A stretch of DNA of 62,455 nucleotides, filler included. It is 4 parts of 4 records of this genome, joined end to end, with 100 filler letters (N's around TTAATTAATTAA, not from the genome) between each part and the next. Parts side by side here need not be neighbours in the genome. Positions count along the whole stretch, not along the records: positions 27,493 to 41,502 come from DRR723986_13557; positions 41,603 to 54,751 come from DRR723986_13559; 2 more parts are not named here. One strand, given 5' to 3'. Below, piece after piece: positions 37,837-46,938 of this stretch. Both the position numbers and the translations under genes were made by a program. Positions within the stretch are counted from its first letter, which is position 1. Each line of letters begins with the position of its first letter. Under the pieces are notes generated by a model, which was not told where the DNA came from, did no database searches, and worked only from the letters and a program-made list of their open reading frames with translations.

Positions 37837-38666
37837 AATCAGTAAAATGCAACATATCGCTCCACATTTGTGCTGCCCTCCTGTGTTCTGTTGTCCTGGT
37901 TTTGGCCGGCCTTGCGTCACCGGTGCTCCAGGCGCAGGGATTTGACTGGCAATACGACGCGCGTATGCCCAGTGCGTACCCGGACCTGTTCTTGGGAGTG
38001 GACATTGCCGCCGGTGCGTCCAATTACAGCGGTGAATTGCAGCATAAAGAGAGTTATCTGGATCCGCTTGACGGCAGCGAGTTATGCCGCGAGTGCGGCA
38101 TATTTGAAAGCGGCGATGATCAGTATCTGCGCTTTGGGCTGCGCGGCGAATATTGGCTCGATGGTTTCTGGGTGCTGCGCCTCGGCGCGTCTTTTGTACG
38201 CACATCAATGAATGCCGAGGTTCCAATGCCTGATTCGCCGACATTGGCATTTGGTATGGTAAGCAGCGAACTCCAATTTGAGTCTTCGCAGAACCGTGCG
38301 CAGGTGGATTTGGGCGCTCGTTACCGCGTCTTCGATAAATTTAGCGTCGGTGCCGGTCTCAACGCAGGCTACCTGCTCTCAGAGTCTTTTGAGCAGCGAC
38401 AGCAGATCATTGCTCCAGCCGAAGCATTCTATGAAGTCGATGGCGCAAACCTGACGGCACGTCAGGTGGAGGGTGAGTTCAGCTCTGCCGCTGAGCTGCT
38501 GATGGCTGCCGACTTTGGCCTGTTTTATGATCTCCCGCTGGCACGCGGTCTTTACGCCACCACCAGCATGGCCGTCTCACTGCCCATCAACTCTTCTGCT
38601 GCAGATCAAACCTGGAATGCTGTTGGCTTGCGTCTTGGGGTTTCAGTGCTCTACGGCCAACCATAA
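37833..38666 (+). CDS. Outer-membrane beta-barrel protein
   Basis: Signal peptide, alternating hydrophobic strands (FGLRGEYW, LGARYRV, LRLGVSVLY); ATGA overlap with the upstream gene. Confidence 0.65.
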   Translation: MKSVKCNISLHICAALLCSVVLVLAGLASPVLQAQGFDWQYDARMPSAYPDLFLGVDIAAGASNYSGELQHKESYLDPLDGSELCRECGIFESGDDQYLRFGLRGEYWLDGFWVLRLGASFVRTSMNAEVPMPDSPTLAFGMVSSELQFESSQNRAQVDLGARYRVFDKFSVGAGLNAGYLLSESFEQRQQIIAPAEAFYEVDGANLTARQVEGEFSSAAELLMAADFGLFYDLPLARGLYATTSMAVSLPINSSAADQTWNAVGLRLGVSVLYGQP

Positions 38667-38920
38667 ATCTCCCCGTAATGCACTAAAACCGGCGATTTTC
38701 TGCCGTTTACAGATTTTCTGCCAAAAAAATCCTCGCGCGCGTAAACCTTTTATATAGTCGCGTCGTCCTATGCGCATCTTTACCGGCGATTCCGTCGGGA
38801 TCGGTGCAGTTGCCGGCCTGCTTTCCAGGCGCCTGTGCGCGTGCCGATCAAACAACAACAAAGATTACTCTCACATTGACGAGCAATTCAATCACACTTT
38901 TTGACTCTGAGGACTTCAAC

Positions 38921-39634
38921 ATGAAACGCACAATTGCAATTCTGGTCACCGCATTCTTCGCTACGGCAGCTCTTGCGATCGCACAGCCAAAACTCGAAAT
39001 CGATGGTGGCAACACATACGACTGGGGTACCGTAAGCCCGAAAGAATCGCCACTGGCTGCGAGCATTACAATCCGTAACACCGGTGATGCTGAACTGGTG
39101 ATTTCCAAAGTAAAGCCCGCCTGCGGTTGTACTACCGCTCCACTCGATAAAGATCGTCTGGCACCAGGTGAAGAAACCTTAATGAACGTAACACTCAAAG
39201 TCGCTACCAGCACCGGACCAGTTCAGAAGTCAATCACGATCACAAGTAATGACGCCGCATCACCTTCCACGGTTCTGTACATCAAAGCCAATGTTGACCG
39301 TCCAATTTCAATCACGCCACGTTACCTCTACTTCAATGACATGGCGATGGGCACCGAAGCTGAAGCAACTGTTAAAATTCGCAACTCATCCAGCAAAGAC
39401 GTTAAACTCAGTGACATTACAGCTGACAATGGCGTTCAACTGAGCGTTGGTAAAGAAATGCTTGTTAAAGCCGGCCAGACAGTAGAAGTAAAAGCGACTG
39501 TTATTCCTGCTAAAGATGGCTACTTCTCAGCTGCTGTTAGCATGAAAACAGATCACCCAGAGTATCAAACGCTCGAAATCAAAGGTTATGGCAACGTTAA
39601 GGAGCCAACCAAATCCAAAGCTTTTGTAGACTAA
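38921..39634 (+). CDS. DUF1573 Ig-like exported protein
   Basis: Signal peptide, YDWG, IRNTGDAELVI..KPACGCT and LAPGE pattern. Start moved to ATG 38921. Confidence 0.85.
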   Translation: MKRTIAILVTAFFATAALAIAQPKLEIDGGNTYDWGTVSPKESPLAASITIRNTGDAELVISKVKPACGCTTAPLDKDRLAPGEETLMNVTLKVATSTGPVQKSITITSNDAASPSTVLYIKANVDRPISITPRYLYFNDMAMGTEAEATVKIRNSSSKDVKLSDITADNGVQLSVGKEMLVKAGQTVEVKATVIPAKDGYFSAAVSMKTDHPEYQTLEIKGYGNVKEPTKSKAFVD

Positions 39635-39698
39635 GAATCGTTTGAGATTTAGGTCTGCAGCTCGTGAGTGTTTAATAGTGCTCACATCTCAATACTAC

Positions 39699-39734
39699 AA
39701 TGGACGTCCACATCAGTGGGCGTCCATTTTTTTT
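39699..39734 (+). terminator. Intrinsic terminator after the DUF1573 gene
   Basis: AATGGACGTCCAC/GTGGGCGTCCATT stem followed by T8. Confidence 0.85.
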
Positions 39735-39830
39735 GTGTATTTCTTAATCGCCGCTGTTAAGTAGGGGCAGTTAATCGATCCTGCGATGACCTAAGGCCGT
39801 GGACACCGGCCCGTCAGCTATATGCGCACA

Positions 39831-40214
39831 TTAAGCGTTCTCTTCGGGGCGGTACAAAAGCCCACGCTGGCCGGCTTTGACTTTCAGCTGTTTGGCGCAG
39901 CGGGTGATGTAAGCTTCCGATTTACCCGTGTAATCTACCAGCGCGCGATGTTCAAAGTTTTCAATTGAGTCGGCGCGCACAGCCAGGTCCAGGTCGCTGC
40001 ATTCACCCACAAGAATCCCGGCGACACCAGCCGATTCAAGTCCCAGGCGTTGTGTGTGGTGCAGCCAGGCAAACTCAGCATCAATCTTGTCGCCGTCATA
40101 GGTTGAGAGTTCCATCTCATATTTCGTACTCGGCTTAAAACACTGGTTGCTGACTTTACCGTTTTGCACAAACCAGGGGTTAACCTGCCACAAAATTGTC
40201 GTTTCCTTGTTCAC
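39831..40214 (-). CDS. Hypothetical 127-aa protein, possible ADP-ribosyltransferase-like fold
   Basis: GTG start overlaps the upstream TGA (GTGA). Motif spacing W-Q-V / F-K-P / L-S-T / late H. The fold call is inference. Confidence 0.6.
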   Translation of the reverse strand: MNKETTILWQVNPWFVQNGKVSNQCFKPSTKYEMELSTYDGDKIDAEFAWLHHTQRLGLESAGVAGILVGECSDLDLAVRADSIENFEHRALVDYTGKSEAYITRCAKQLKVKAGQRGLLYRPEENA

Positions 40215-41350
40215 CCGTGCACCTCTTTGCTGATTGTGCCAATTTTGTTTACGACTGTTTTCCAGGTTGTGGAGTCGTCAATTTCCAGACTATCCTTAAA
40301 CTCAGTTTTGCTGTTAACATTCAGGCCATGGAATTCGGCCAGGCGTGTATCCAGGTTAATTTCCAGCGATACTTCCATTTCACCAATCGACCATTCCATT
40401 TGCACGCCGCCCTTGGGTGTCGGGTAGCAGTAGGGCTGTTGCATCTCTTTGGGGAAATATTTTCGCACCTGGTTAATCAACCATTGCAGGGCTTTGGGTT
40501 TGGGCGCCAATCCCAGTCCGTCCATCCAGCCATCGCGCAGCGTCTTAAACTCTTTGAGTCGGTCAACTGTATTGCGGTTGTCAACTACTGTAATGTCTTC
40601 AATCGTAGCGTCTTTAACACTGCCGCTTTTCTTGTCTACAATACCTTCGCCGTGGATTTCGACTTCGGCATCGTTCTCAAAGTCCAGGAAACTTTGTTTT
40701 ACCTGGGACTCGTGTTCCGGCAGGAAGCTCGCCCTTCCCGTGCTGCCGTTGCGTGCTAAAAACGCAAAACTTTTTGTGAGTAGGTTTACTTCCGGAATTT
40801 TAACTATCAGGCTAAACTTTTCGCTGTCCTGCGGTGGTTTGTCCAGAAGTTGTTTAAGGCGCTTGAATGTCTGTTTGTTTAACTTTGCACCGGACTGACT
40901 CACCGAATCTCTAAATTCGATGCCTTCGTCACTCGTCAGCCCCGAACCCAGTTTTGTTAACCTTTCCAGAACGTCTGCCGGGAGTTTGCTCCATTCGTCG
41001 CCTTCGAATCCATTCTCAGCATTGTTAACCGTGTTAATGCAGTCGTAGAAGCGCGCACGCGCATTGGCATAAATGTTTGCCACGTCGTTGTCATCCGCCA
41101 GTTGTGGGCTTTTGCCAATCGTTCCGATATCGATATTTGCTACCGCGCTCGTGTTTCCCAGACCGTCAAGAACCAGTGTGCCTTTCAGTTTGGCCATCGA
41201 CTTGGCGTTGGCTGCACCGAAACTTTCCTGCACTTCAATTTCGATCAGGATATCAAAAATTTGCTGCAGGACCGGCAACTTCGCCACCATTTTCAGGGGG
41301 ATGCTGTGGTCTTCAAATCGTCGTCCAAAAAACTCTGCTTGTAGAAACAT
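40211..41350 (-). CDS. Hypothetical 379-aa protein, partner of 39831-40214
   Basis: Long ORF with GAGAGG RBS 6 nt before ATG 41350. Motifs GRRFEDHSIPL, LRDGWMDG..AP and YPTPKGGVQMEW. Confidence 0.75.
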   Translation of the reverse strand: MFLQAEFFGRRFEDHSIPLKMVAKLPVLQQIFDILIEIEVQESFGAANAKSMAKLKGTLVLDGLGNTSAVANIDIGTIGKSPQLADDNDVANIYANARARFYDCINTVNNAENGFEGDEWSKLPADVLERLTKLGSGLTSDEGIEFRDSVSQSGAKLNKQTFKRLKQLLDKPPQDSEKFSLIVKIPEVNLLTKSFAFLARNGSTGRASFLPEHESQVKQSFLDFENDAEVEIHGEGIVDKKSGSVKDATIEDITVVDNRNTVDRLKEFKTLRDGWMDGLGLAPKPKALQWLINQVRKYFPKEMQQPYCYPTPKGGVQMEWSIGEMEVSLEINLDTRLAEFHGLNVNSKTEFKDSLEIDDSTTWKTVVNKIGTISKEVHG

Positions 41351-41502
41351 GAATCGCCTCTCAAATCTCACTGCTACACATGCACGGACTACCGCTGAAC
41401 GGGCTTTGACGGATGTCCATTCACTTTGTTGATTCCCGTCTGCAGTTTAATGTCTTCGCATCAAAAATTCTGCTTGCTTGAGCGCTTCGCCCCTGCGCCT
41501 GC

Positions 41503-41602
41503 NNNNNNNNNNNNNNNNNNNNNNNNNNNNNNNNNNNNNNNNNNNNTTAATTAATTAANNNNNNNNNNNNNNNNNNNNNNNNNNNNNNNNNNNNNNNNNN
41601 NN
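41503..41602. other. Artificial contig linker 2
   Basis: 44 N + TTAATTAATTAA + 44 N. Confidence 0.97.
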
Positions 41603-41603
41603 A

Positions 41604-42056
41604 GCATCCTGCAACGCGTCAGCTTCAAAAGCTTCCGCTACGAAAGTGTCGAATGACGCTTCCTGCGCATCGAAAGCAGCTTGCAGCTCTTCCAAAGCTT
41701 CCGCTACGAAAGTGTCTAACGACGCTTCCTGTGCTTCCAAAGCTTCGGCCAGCAAAGCATCCAACGACGGCTGCTGCGCTTCCAAAGCTGCTGCAAAAGC
41801 TTCCAACGTAAAAGCTGACGGCGCTTGCCCATCGACGATGCGCGCAAGCAACTTCGTCAATGCAAACGACAAAACATGTGCTACTAAAGCCGCTTGCAGT
41901 GCTTCAGCTTCCAAAGCATCCAACGATGCTAAAGCTTGCAGCAAAACATGCGACAAAAGCAATGCCAGCTCAGCCAAAATGACTGAGTCAACTGAAACGA
42001 AAAAAGAAGAAACGATCGTAAAGAAAGTTTCCGACAATCGTTCCAGCGAAGACTAA
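41604..42056 (+). CDS. C-terminal part of an Ala/Ser/Lys/Cys-rich repeat protein (5' end lost in gap)
   Basis: Open from the contig edge to TAA 42056. Repeat copies differ at synonymous third positions in this frame. A terminator follows. Confidence 0.75.
   Translation, partial: ASCNASASKASATKVSNDASCASKAACSSSKASATKVSNDASCASKASASKASNDGCCASKAAAKASNVKADGACPSTMRASNFVNANDKTCATKAACSASASKASNDAKACSKTCDKSNASSAKMTESTETKKEETIVKKVSDNRSSED
41628..41743 (+). repeat. Intragenic direct repeat, 66-nt period
   Basis: AAAGCTTCCGCTACGAAAGTGTC is identical at 41628-41650 and 41694-41716; both copies encode KASATKVSNDASCASKA. Confidence 0.9.
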
Positions 42057-42117
42057 TTCAGTCAAAGACTAATTCGGACGGGGCTATATGCACCTGAACG
42101 AATTTTGACTTTTACGG

Positions 42118-42151
42118 GCGCGAATCCACTCAGGTGGGTTCGCGCTTTTTT
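42118..42151 (+). terminator. Intrinsic terminator
   Basis: GCGCGAATCCAC/GTGGGTTCGCGC stem followed by T6. Confidence 0.85.
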
Positions 42152-42443
42152 GTTTCTCAGGGTTTTGCAGCGGTCTGAATCGCGTCAATTTTTGTAGTTT
42201 TGGCGTGTACTGTTTGCATGATTACTTCCGGATGTGCCGCGGAACGGATCTATGTGCGGCGGTGATAGCGGGGATATTTTGGCCCAAGCTTTGGCAGTAA
42301 AGCTGAATTCCTGCGCTCTGCCTGCAATCCGCGCATTACAATCTGGCATTATCATCCGGCAAAGTGGGCCGCGCCGGTAGACAGGGCGATAAAACAGGGC
42401 CGTGCGGCCGGGGCCACAACAACCAGCCATTAGGGAAGCACAC

Positions 42444-43571
42444 ATGGGTTTTACGGTTCGCGCAGTAGGCGCCGGCGACGTTGGCAAGTTTATCAATTCG
42501 CAGTGGAATTTCTATCGCAACGATCCCAATTGGGTTCCGCCCCTGAAAATGGACCGGCGCAAGCTGCTCAACACCAAGAAAAATCCCTTTTTTCAGCATG
42601 CTGAAATTCAGATGTTTTTGGCTGAGGACGGCAAAGAAGTTGTGGGGCGCATAGCGGCAGTCACCAACCAACGTCACAACGACACTCACAATGACAAAGT
42701 TGGATTCTTCGGCTTTTTTGAATGTATCAACGATCAGGAAGTCGCCAATGCCTTGATCAAAGCGGCTTCGGATTGGCTGCGCGACAAAGGCAAAACGCAT
42801 ATCCGCGGCCCGGTTAACCCCTCGATGAATGATGAAAATGCCCTGCTGATCGATGGTTTTGACCGTCCACCACGCGTGCTGATGCCGTACAATCCGCCCT
42901 ACTATGCAGATTTGCTGGAAGGCGCGGGCTTGAGCAAAGCCAAGGACATGTATGCTTACGATATTGAGCGGCAGGATTATCGTTCGGAAAAACTGCAGCG
43001 CATGCAGAAGCTGCTACGCGAACGCTATGACATCACCATTCGCGAAGTAAACTTCAAAGACAAGGCACAGTTCAAAGCCGACGTAGACACTATCAAGATG
43101 ATCTACAATGCGGCCTGGGAGAACAATTGGGGTTTTGTGAAACTGACAGATGCTGAGTTCGCACATCTGGCGGCGGATTTGAAAATGATCGCGGATCCGG
43201 CATTTACATACTTCGTGGAAATCAAAGGTAAACCAGCGGGATTTTTCCTGGGCTTGCCGGACATCAACAGGCAGTTGATACACAACCGCAGCGGCGGGCT
43301 TATCGGTGGACTCTGGAACCTGCTGACAAAAAAATCACTCGTAGACGGCATCCGCATTGTAATTATGGGTGTGCTACCGGAATACCGCCGCACGGGCGCC
43401 GACGCAGTTATGTACTACGAAGTGGGCAAACGCGTGGACGAAAAGGGCATGACCTGTGGCGAGGCCTCCTGGATTCTGGAAGACAATGTAGAAATGCGGC
43501 AGGCGCTGGAGCGGGCTATGAAAGCGACGCTGGGCAAGACCTACCGCATCTACGAAATGCCGATAAACTGA
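42444..43571 (+). CDS. YghO/bCerS-like GNAT acyltransferase
   Basis: DPNWVPPL, KNPFFQHA, VGRIAA, GFFGFFE, GPVNPSMNDE, MPYNPPYY, NWGF and SWILEDN motifs. Confidence 0.75.
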   Translation: MGFTVRAVGAGDVGKFINSQWNFYRNDPNWVPPLKMDRRKLLNTKKNPFFQHAEIQMFLAEDGKEVVGRIAAVTNQRHNDTHNDKVGFFGFFECINDQEVANALIKAASDWLRDKGKTHIRGPVNPSMNDENALLIDGFDRPPRVLMPYNPPYYADLLEGAGLSKAKDMYAYDIERQDYRSEKLQRMQKLLRERYDITIREVNFKDKAQFKADVDTIKMIYNAAWENNWGFVKLTDAEFAHLAADLKMIADPAFTYFVEIKGKPAGFFLGLPDINRQLIHNRSGGLIGGLWNLLTKKSLVDGIRIVIMGVLPEYRRTGADAVMYYEVGKRVDEKGMTCGEASWILEDNVEMRQALERAMKATLGKTYRIYEMPIN

Positions 43572-43839
43572 TTCACTGCGGGACTGGGTTCAGGTAAGGC
43601 TTGCACCTGAGTACTTTCAGGCTTGGCCTTTCTGTTAATATTCCAGTCCGCCTTTGGTCAGTTTTTACTGTGCTCTGCTCTCTGGCCTGGACTTCTGTTT
43701 TGGCATAGAGCTGAGAGTCTTCAGACAAAAAGTATTGACAATCCTGGGCGGCAATCGAATGCCGACAGTAACGTCATCGAGCATCTCTCTTGACAAATTC
43801 CGAATGTTGTGCAACTCAACTCCCAAGTTCGTCGAACCT

Positions 43840-45393
43840 ATGGCAGACTCTCCTCTGGACCTCGACAAGGCGCAGTGTAATTGTGGTGTGGTTGGTGTCT
43901 TCAATCACCCGCGCGCGGCGGTAATGGCCTATTACTGCTTGCATTCATTACAGCATCGCGGACAGGAAGCCGCGGGCATTGTATCACGTCGATTTGACGA
44001 AGACAAAGCAAAACATCGCTTCAGAATGCATAAAGGCCCAGGCCTGGTTGCAGATGTATTTGCCGACAGCAAGATTCTCGAAGACCATTTGGAGGGTAAC
44101 GCGGCAATAGCGCACAATCGCTATTCCACGACGGGCGGCAGTTCCAAACGCTCAAACATCCAGCCGTTTACCATCCGCTATCGCCTGGGGAATCTCTCTC
44201 TGGCACATAACGGCAACCTGACGAATACGCGCGTCCTGCGCCAGCAACTGCAGGATGAAGGGGCAATTTTCCAGTCCAGCACGGACAGTGAACTGTTCCT
44301 GCACCTGATTGCACGCAGCCGCCAGGAAACACAGATTGATCAGATTCGCGAGGCGCTGCAGACTGCACGCGGTGCCTACTCGATGACAATCATGACTGAC
44401 ACGATGCTTGTGGCCGCCCGTGATCCACATGGCATCCGCCCGCTTTCAATTGGCAGGCAGAAACAAGAAAATGGCGAGTGGGCCTACTTCATAGCTTCTG
44501 AGACCTGTGCTTTTGACATCGTCGGCGCCGAATACGTCCGCGAAGTACAGCATAATGAAATTGTCGTGATTGACGATGAAACCGCAAAGACCGGAAAAAT
44601 CCAGTCTTACAAGATAGACGAAGAGACTCCCTGCGCGCGCCAGTGCGTCTTTGAGTACATTTACTTCTCGCGGCCCGACAGTAAAATCTTTGGCCACAAC
44701 GTTGACAAAGTGCGTCGCAAACTGGGTAAAACTCTCGCCGAGGAACATCCGGTAGAGGCAGATCCTGACGGCGAAAAAATCATCTCAATCGGCGTGCCGG
44801 ACTCCGGCAACACATCAGCTCTGGGTTACGCGCATCGCAGTAGCAGCCTGGGCAACAAGGTGCGCTATGAGATAGGCCTTATCCGCAGCCACTATGTGGG
44901 CCGCACCTTTATTGCGCCGGGCCAGGATGCACGCGAATTTAAAGTCAAAACCAAGTTCAACCCAGTTGAGGGCGTATTAACGGGCCGCAAGGTCGTAGTC
45001 GTTGATGACTCGATTGTTCGCGGCACCACGTCGCGCCTGCTGCTGGACATGATGCGCAAAACCGGGCCAAAGGAGCTGCACATGCGCATCTCCTCGCCAC
45101 CAGTAACACATCCCTGTAAGTACGGGATGGACTTCCCGAGCAAGGAAGAACTGATCGCCAATCACTACGATTGTAACGAAGAGAAAATCGGCAAGGCTCT
45201 GACCGCCGACTCACTGCGTTACCTTTCGGTAGAAAAACTGATGGAATCAGTGCCTCAGGAAGAAGGCATCAGCTACTGTGACGCCTGTTTCACGGGCAAC
45301 TACCCGATTGAAATCGATATGTCGGCACTCAAGACGACTGTCGCAGACGAAGATCAGGTTGAGACATATGCCGACACAGAGTCCGGCATCTAA
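43840..45393 (+). CDS. purF: Amidophosphoribosyltransferase (Fe-S, propeptide type)
   Basis: CGVVG, LQHRGQE, HNRYST, HNGNL, CVFEYIYF, VDDSIVRGTT and CDAC motifs. Alternative start at ATG 43759. Confidence 0.95.
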   Translation: MADSPLDLDKAQCNCGVVGVFNHPRAAVMAYYCLHSLQHRGQEAAGIVSRRFDEDKAKHRFRMHKGPGLVADVFADSKILEDHLEGNAAIAHNRYSTTGGSSKRSNIQPFTIRYRLGNLSLAHNGNLTNTRVLRQQLQDEGAIFQSSTDSELFLHLIARSRQETQIDQIREALQTARGAYSMTIMTDTMLVAARDPHGIRPLSIGRQKQENGEWAYFIASETCAFDIVGAEYVREVQHNEIVVIDDETAKTGKIQSYKIDEETPCARQCVFEYIYFSRPDSKIFGHNVDKVRRKLGKTLAEEHPVEADPDGEKIISIGVPDSGNTSALGYAHRSSSLGNKVRYEIGLIRSHYVGRTFIAPGQDAREFKVKTKFNPVEGVLTGRKVVVVDDSIVRGTTSRLLLDMMRKTGPKELHMRISSPPVTHPCKYGMDFPSKEELIANHYDCNEEKIGKALTADSLRYLSVEKLMESVPQEEGISYCDACFTGNYPIEIDMSALKTTVADEDQVETYADTESGI

Positions 45394-45491
45394 GTGATCA
45401 GCAAACTCAATTGAATGAGCAAGCTGACGAGTAACTCCGCAAACAACGCCGAAGACTCTCCGGCACATTTACTTAGCTTGAGATTGATACA

Positions 45492-46814
45492 ATGCCAAAA
45501 ATGAACAGCTCTATCGCAGATATGACCAGTGGATCCTTCAATGGTCAATTTTTTGTGCTTGCCTGCCTGCTTTGCGTCTCAATCGTCGCATGCGGCGCTC
45601 CCGAAGAAGAAAATGAACCACCAGTTGAAGACCTGATGAGCCTCGATGACGCGCTGTCCGATCTTCCCGAAGCTGCTGGTGATTACGATGCTGCAGGTGA
45701 TGTGCTGCGTTTTAGCGGCGAAGCACGCCTGCGCAACGTCAAAGCATTGACAGATGGCGGCGACAATGCCGAAGCTTACTGGAGCTTCGACAACAAGTAT
45801 CTGATTTTTCAGAGCAATTGGACTGAATTGACGCAGCAGGGCTGCGATCAGATCTTTATCATGCGCGCCGACGGTGAGCCCCTGGAGCCAAACATTCAGT
45901 ACACGCGGGTTTCAACTGATCGCGGCCGTACAACATGCTCATACTTCATGAAGGATGGACGCGTGCTGTATGCCTCAACCCACGAAACCAGCGACCTGTG
46001 CCCGCCGCCACCGCCCAACAGCGAAGGCCGTTACGTTTGGCCAATCTATGACAGCTATGATATTTACGCCTGTGAGACAGACGGTTCAAATACCGTGCGT
46101 CTGATCCACGGCCCGGGTTACGATGCCGAAGCAACCGTTTCGCCCGACGGCAAGTACATCATTTTCACTTCAACGCGTTCCGGGGATCTGGAACTGTGGC
46201 GTTATGAGATTGAAAATGGCGATCTGCTGCAGTTGACCAGCGATCTGGGTTATGACGGCGGTGCGTTTTTCTCGCTCGACTCCAAGAAAATTGTCTGGCG
46301 TGCCAGCCGCCCAACGGGCGAAGCTGCCGAGACGTATAAGGCTTTGCTGAAAGACGGAATGGTTGAGCCGTCGGACATGAACATTTTTGTTGCCGATGCC
46401 GACGGTAAAAACGTTGTTCAGGTTACCGACCTGCCGGGTGCAAACTGGGCGCCGTACTTCCATCCCGATGGTGAGCGCCTCCTGTTTTCTTCAAATCATC
46501 ACTCACAAGCCACAGGTGGACGTGAGTTTGATATCTTCATGATTGGCGTTGACGGCAGCGGCCTGGAGCGCATTACACACTCCGGTACATTTGACGCTTT
46601 CCCAATGTTCTCATTCGACGGTAAGAAGTTGGCATTCGGCTCAAATCGCCGTGCCGATCGTGTTTCCTCACGTGAAACCAATGTGATTGTCGCCGACTGG
46701 GTTGAAAACCCTACGGATGCCGACATGAACTTTGTAAGCAATGTCAAGCCGGCTGAAGGTGGTGAACATGGGCACGATCATGACGATGACAAAAAAGGCG
46801 CACACGTGCACTAA
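45492..46814 (+). CDS. TolB-like PD40 beta-propeller lipoprotein
   Basis: Lipobox IVAC; repeats NAEAYWS, YDAEATVSPDG, YDGGAFFS, NWAPYFHPDG and FDAFPMFS. Confidence 0.82.
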   Translation: MPKMNSSIADMTSGSFNGQFFVLACLLCVSIVACGAPEEENEPPVEDLMSLDDALSDLPEAAGDYDAAGDVLRFSGEARLRNVKALTDGGDNAEAYWSFDNKYLIFQSNWTELTQQGCDQIFIMRADGEPLEPNIQYTRVSTDRGRTTCSYFMKDGRVLYASTHETSDLCPPPPPNSEGRYVWPIYDSYDIYACETDGSNTVRLIHGPGYDAEATVSPDGKYIIFTSTRSGDLELWRYEIENGDLLQLTSDLGYDGGAFFSLDSKKIVWRASRPTGEAAETYKALLKDGMVEPSDMNIFVADADGKNVVQVTDLPGANWAPYFHPDGERLLFSSNHHSQATGGREFDIFMIGVDGSGLERITHSGTFDAFPMFSFDGKKLAFGSNRRADRVSSRETNVIVADWVENPTDADMNFVSNVKPAEGGEHGHDHDDDKKGAHVH

Positions 46815-46859
46815 GTAAAAATCGTTTGCCGCTGAGCTGATAATGCGCCGCAAACCATT

Positions 46860-46909
46860 AAAAAACAACGAGCTGTCAAGGCATTAGCCTTGACAGCTCG
46901 TGTTGTTTT
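46860..46909. terminator. Bidirectional terminator
   Basis: 15-bp perfect stem ACGAGCTGTCAAGGC/GCCTTGACAGCTCGT with A-rich and T-rich flanks, between convergent genes. Confidence 0.85.
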
Positions 46910-46938
46910 AAAGCCTTTTTTTGGACACTTACGGCGGT

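Noticed and set aside
41628-41743. 66-nt periodic repeat as a CRISPR array
   Set aside because: Only two copies, in frame within a CDS, with similar rather than unique intervening sequence and no cas genes.
41555-42037. Ala/Leu/Glu-rich minus-strand ORF
   Set aside because: A plus-strand stop followed by a plus-strand terminator, and synonymous repeat variation in the plus frame, favour the plus-strand gene.
43575-43752. ZTP (pfl) riboswitch upstream of purF
   Set aside because: GACTGG and CCTGGGC fragments are present, but the conserved GGGGAGC strand and the P3 stem are missing.
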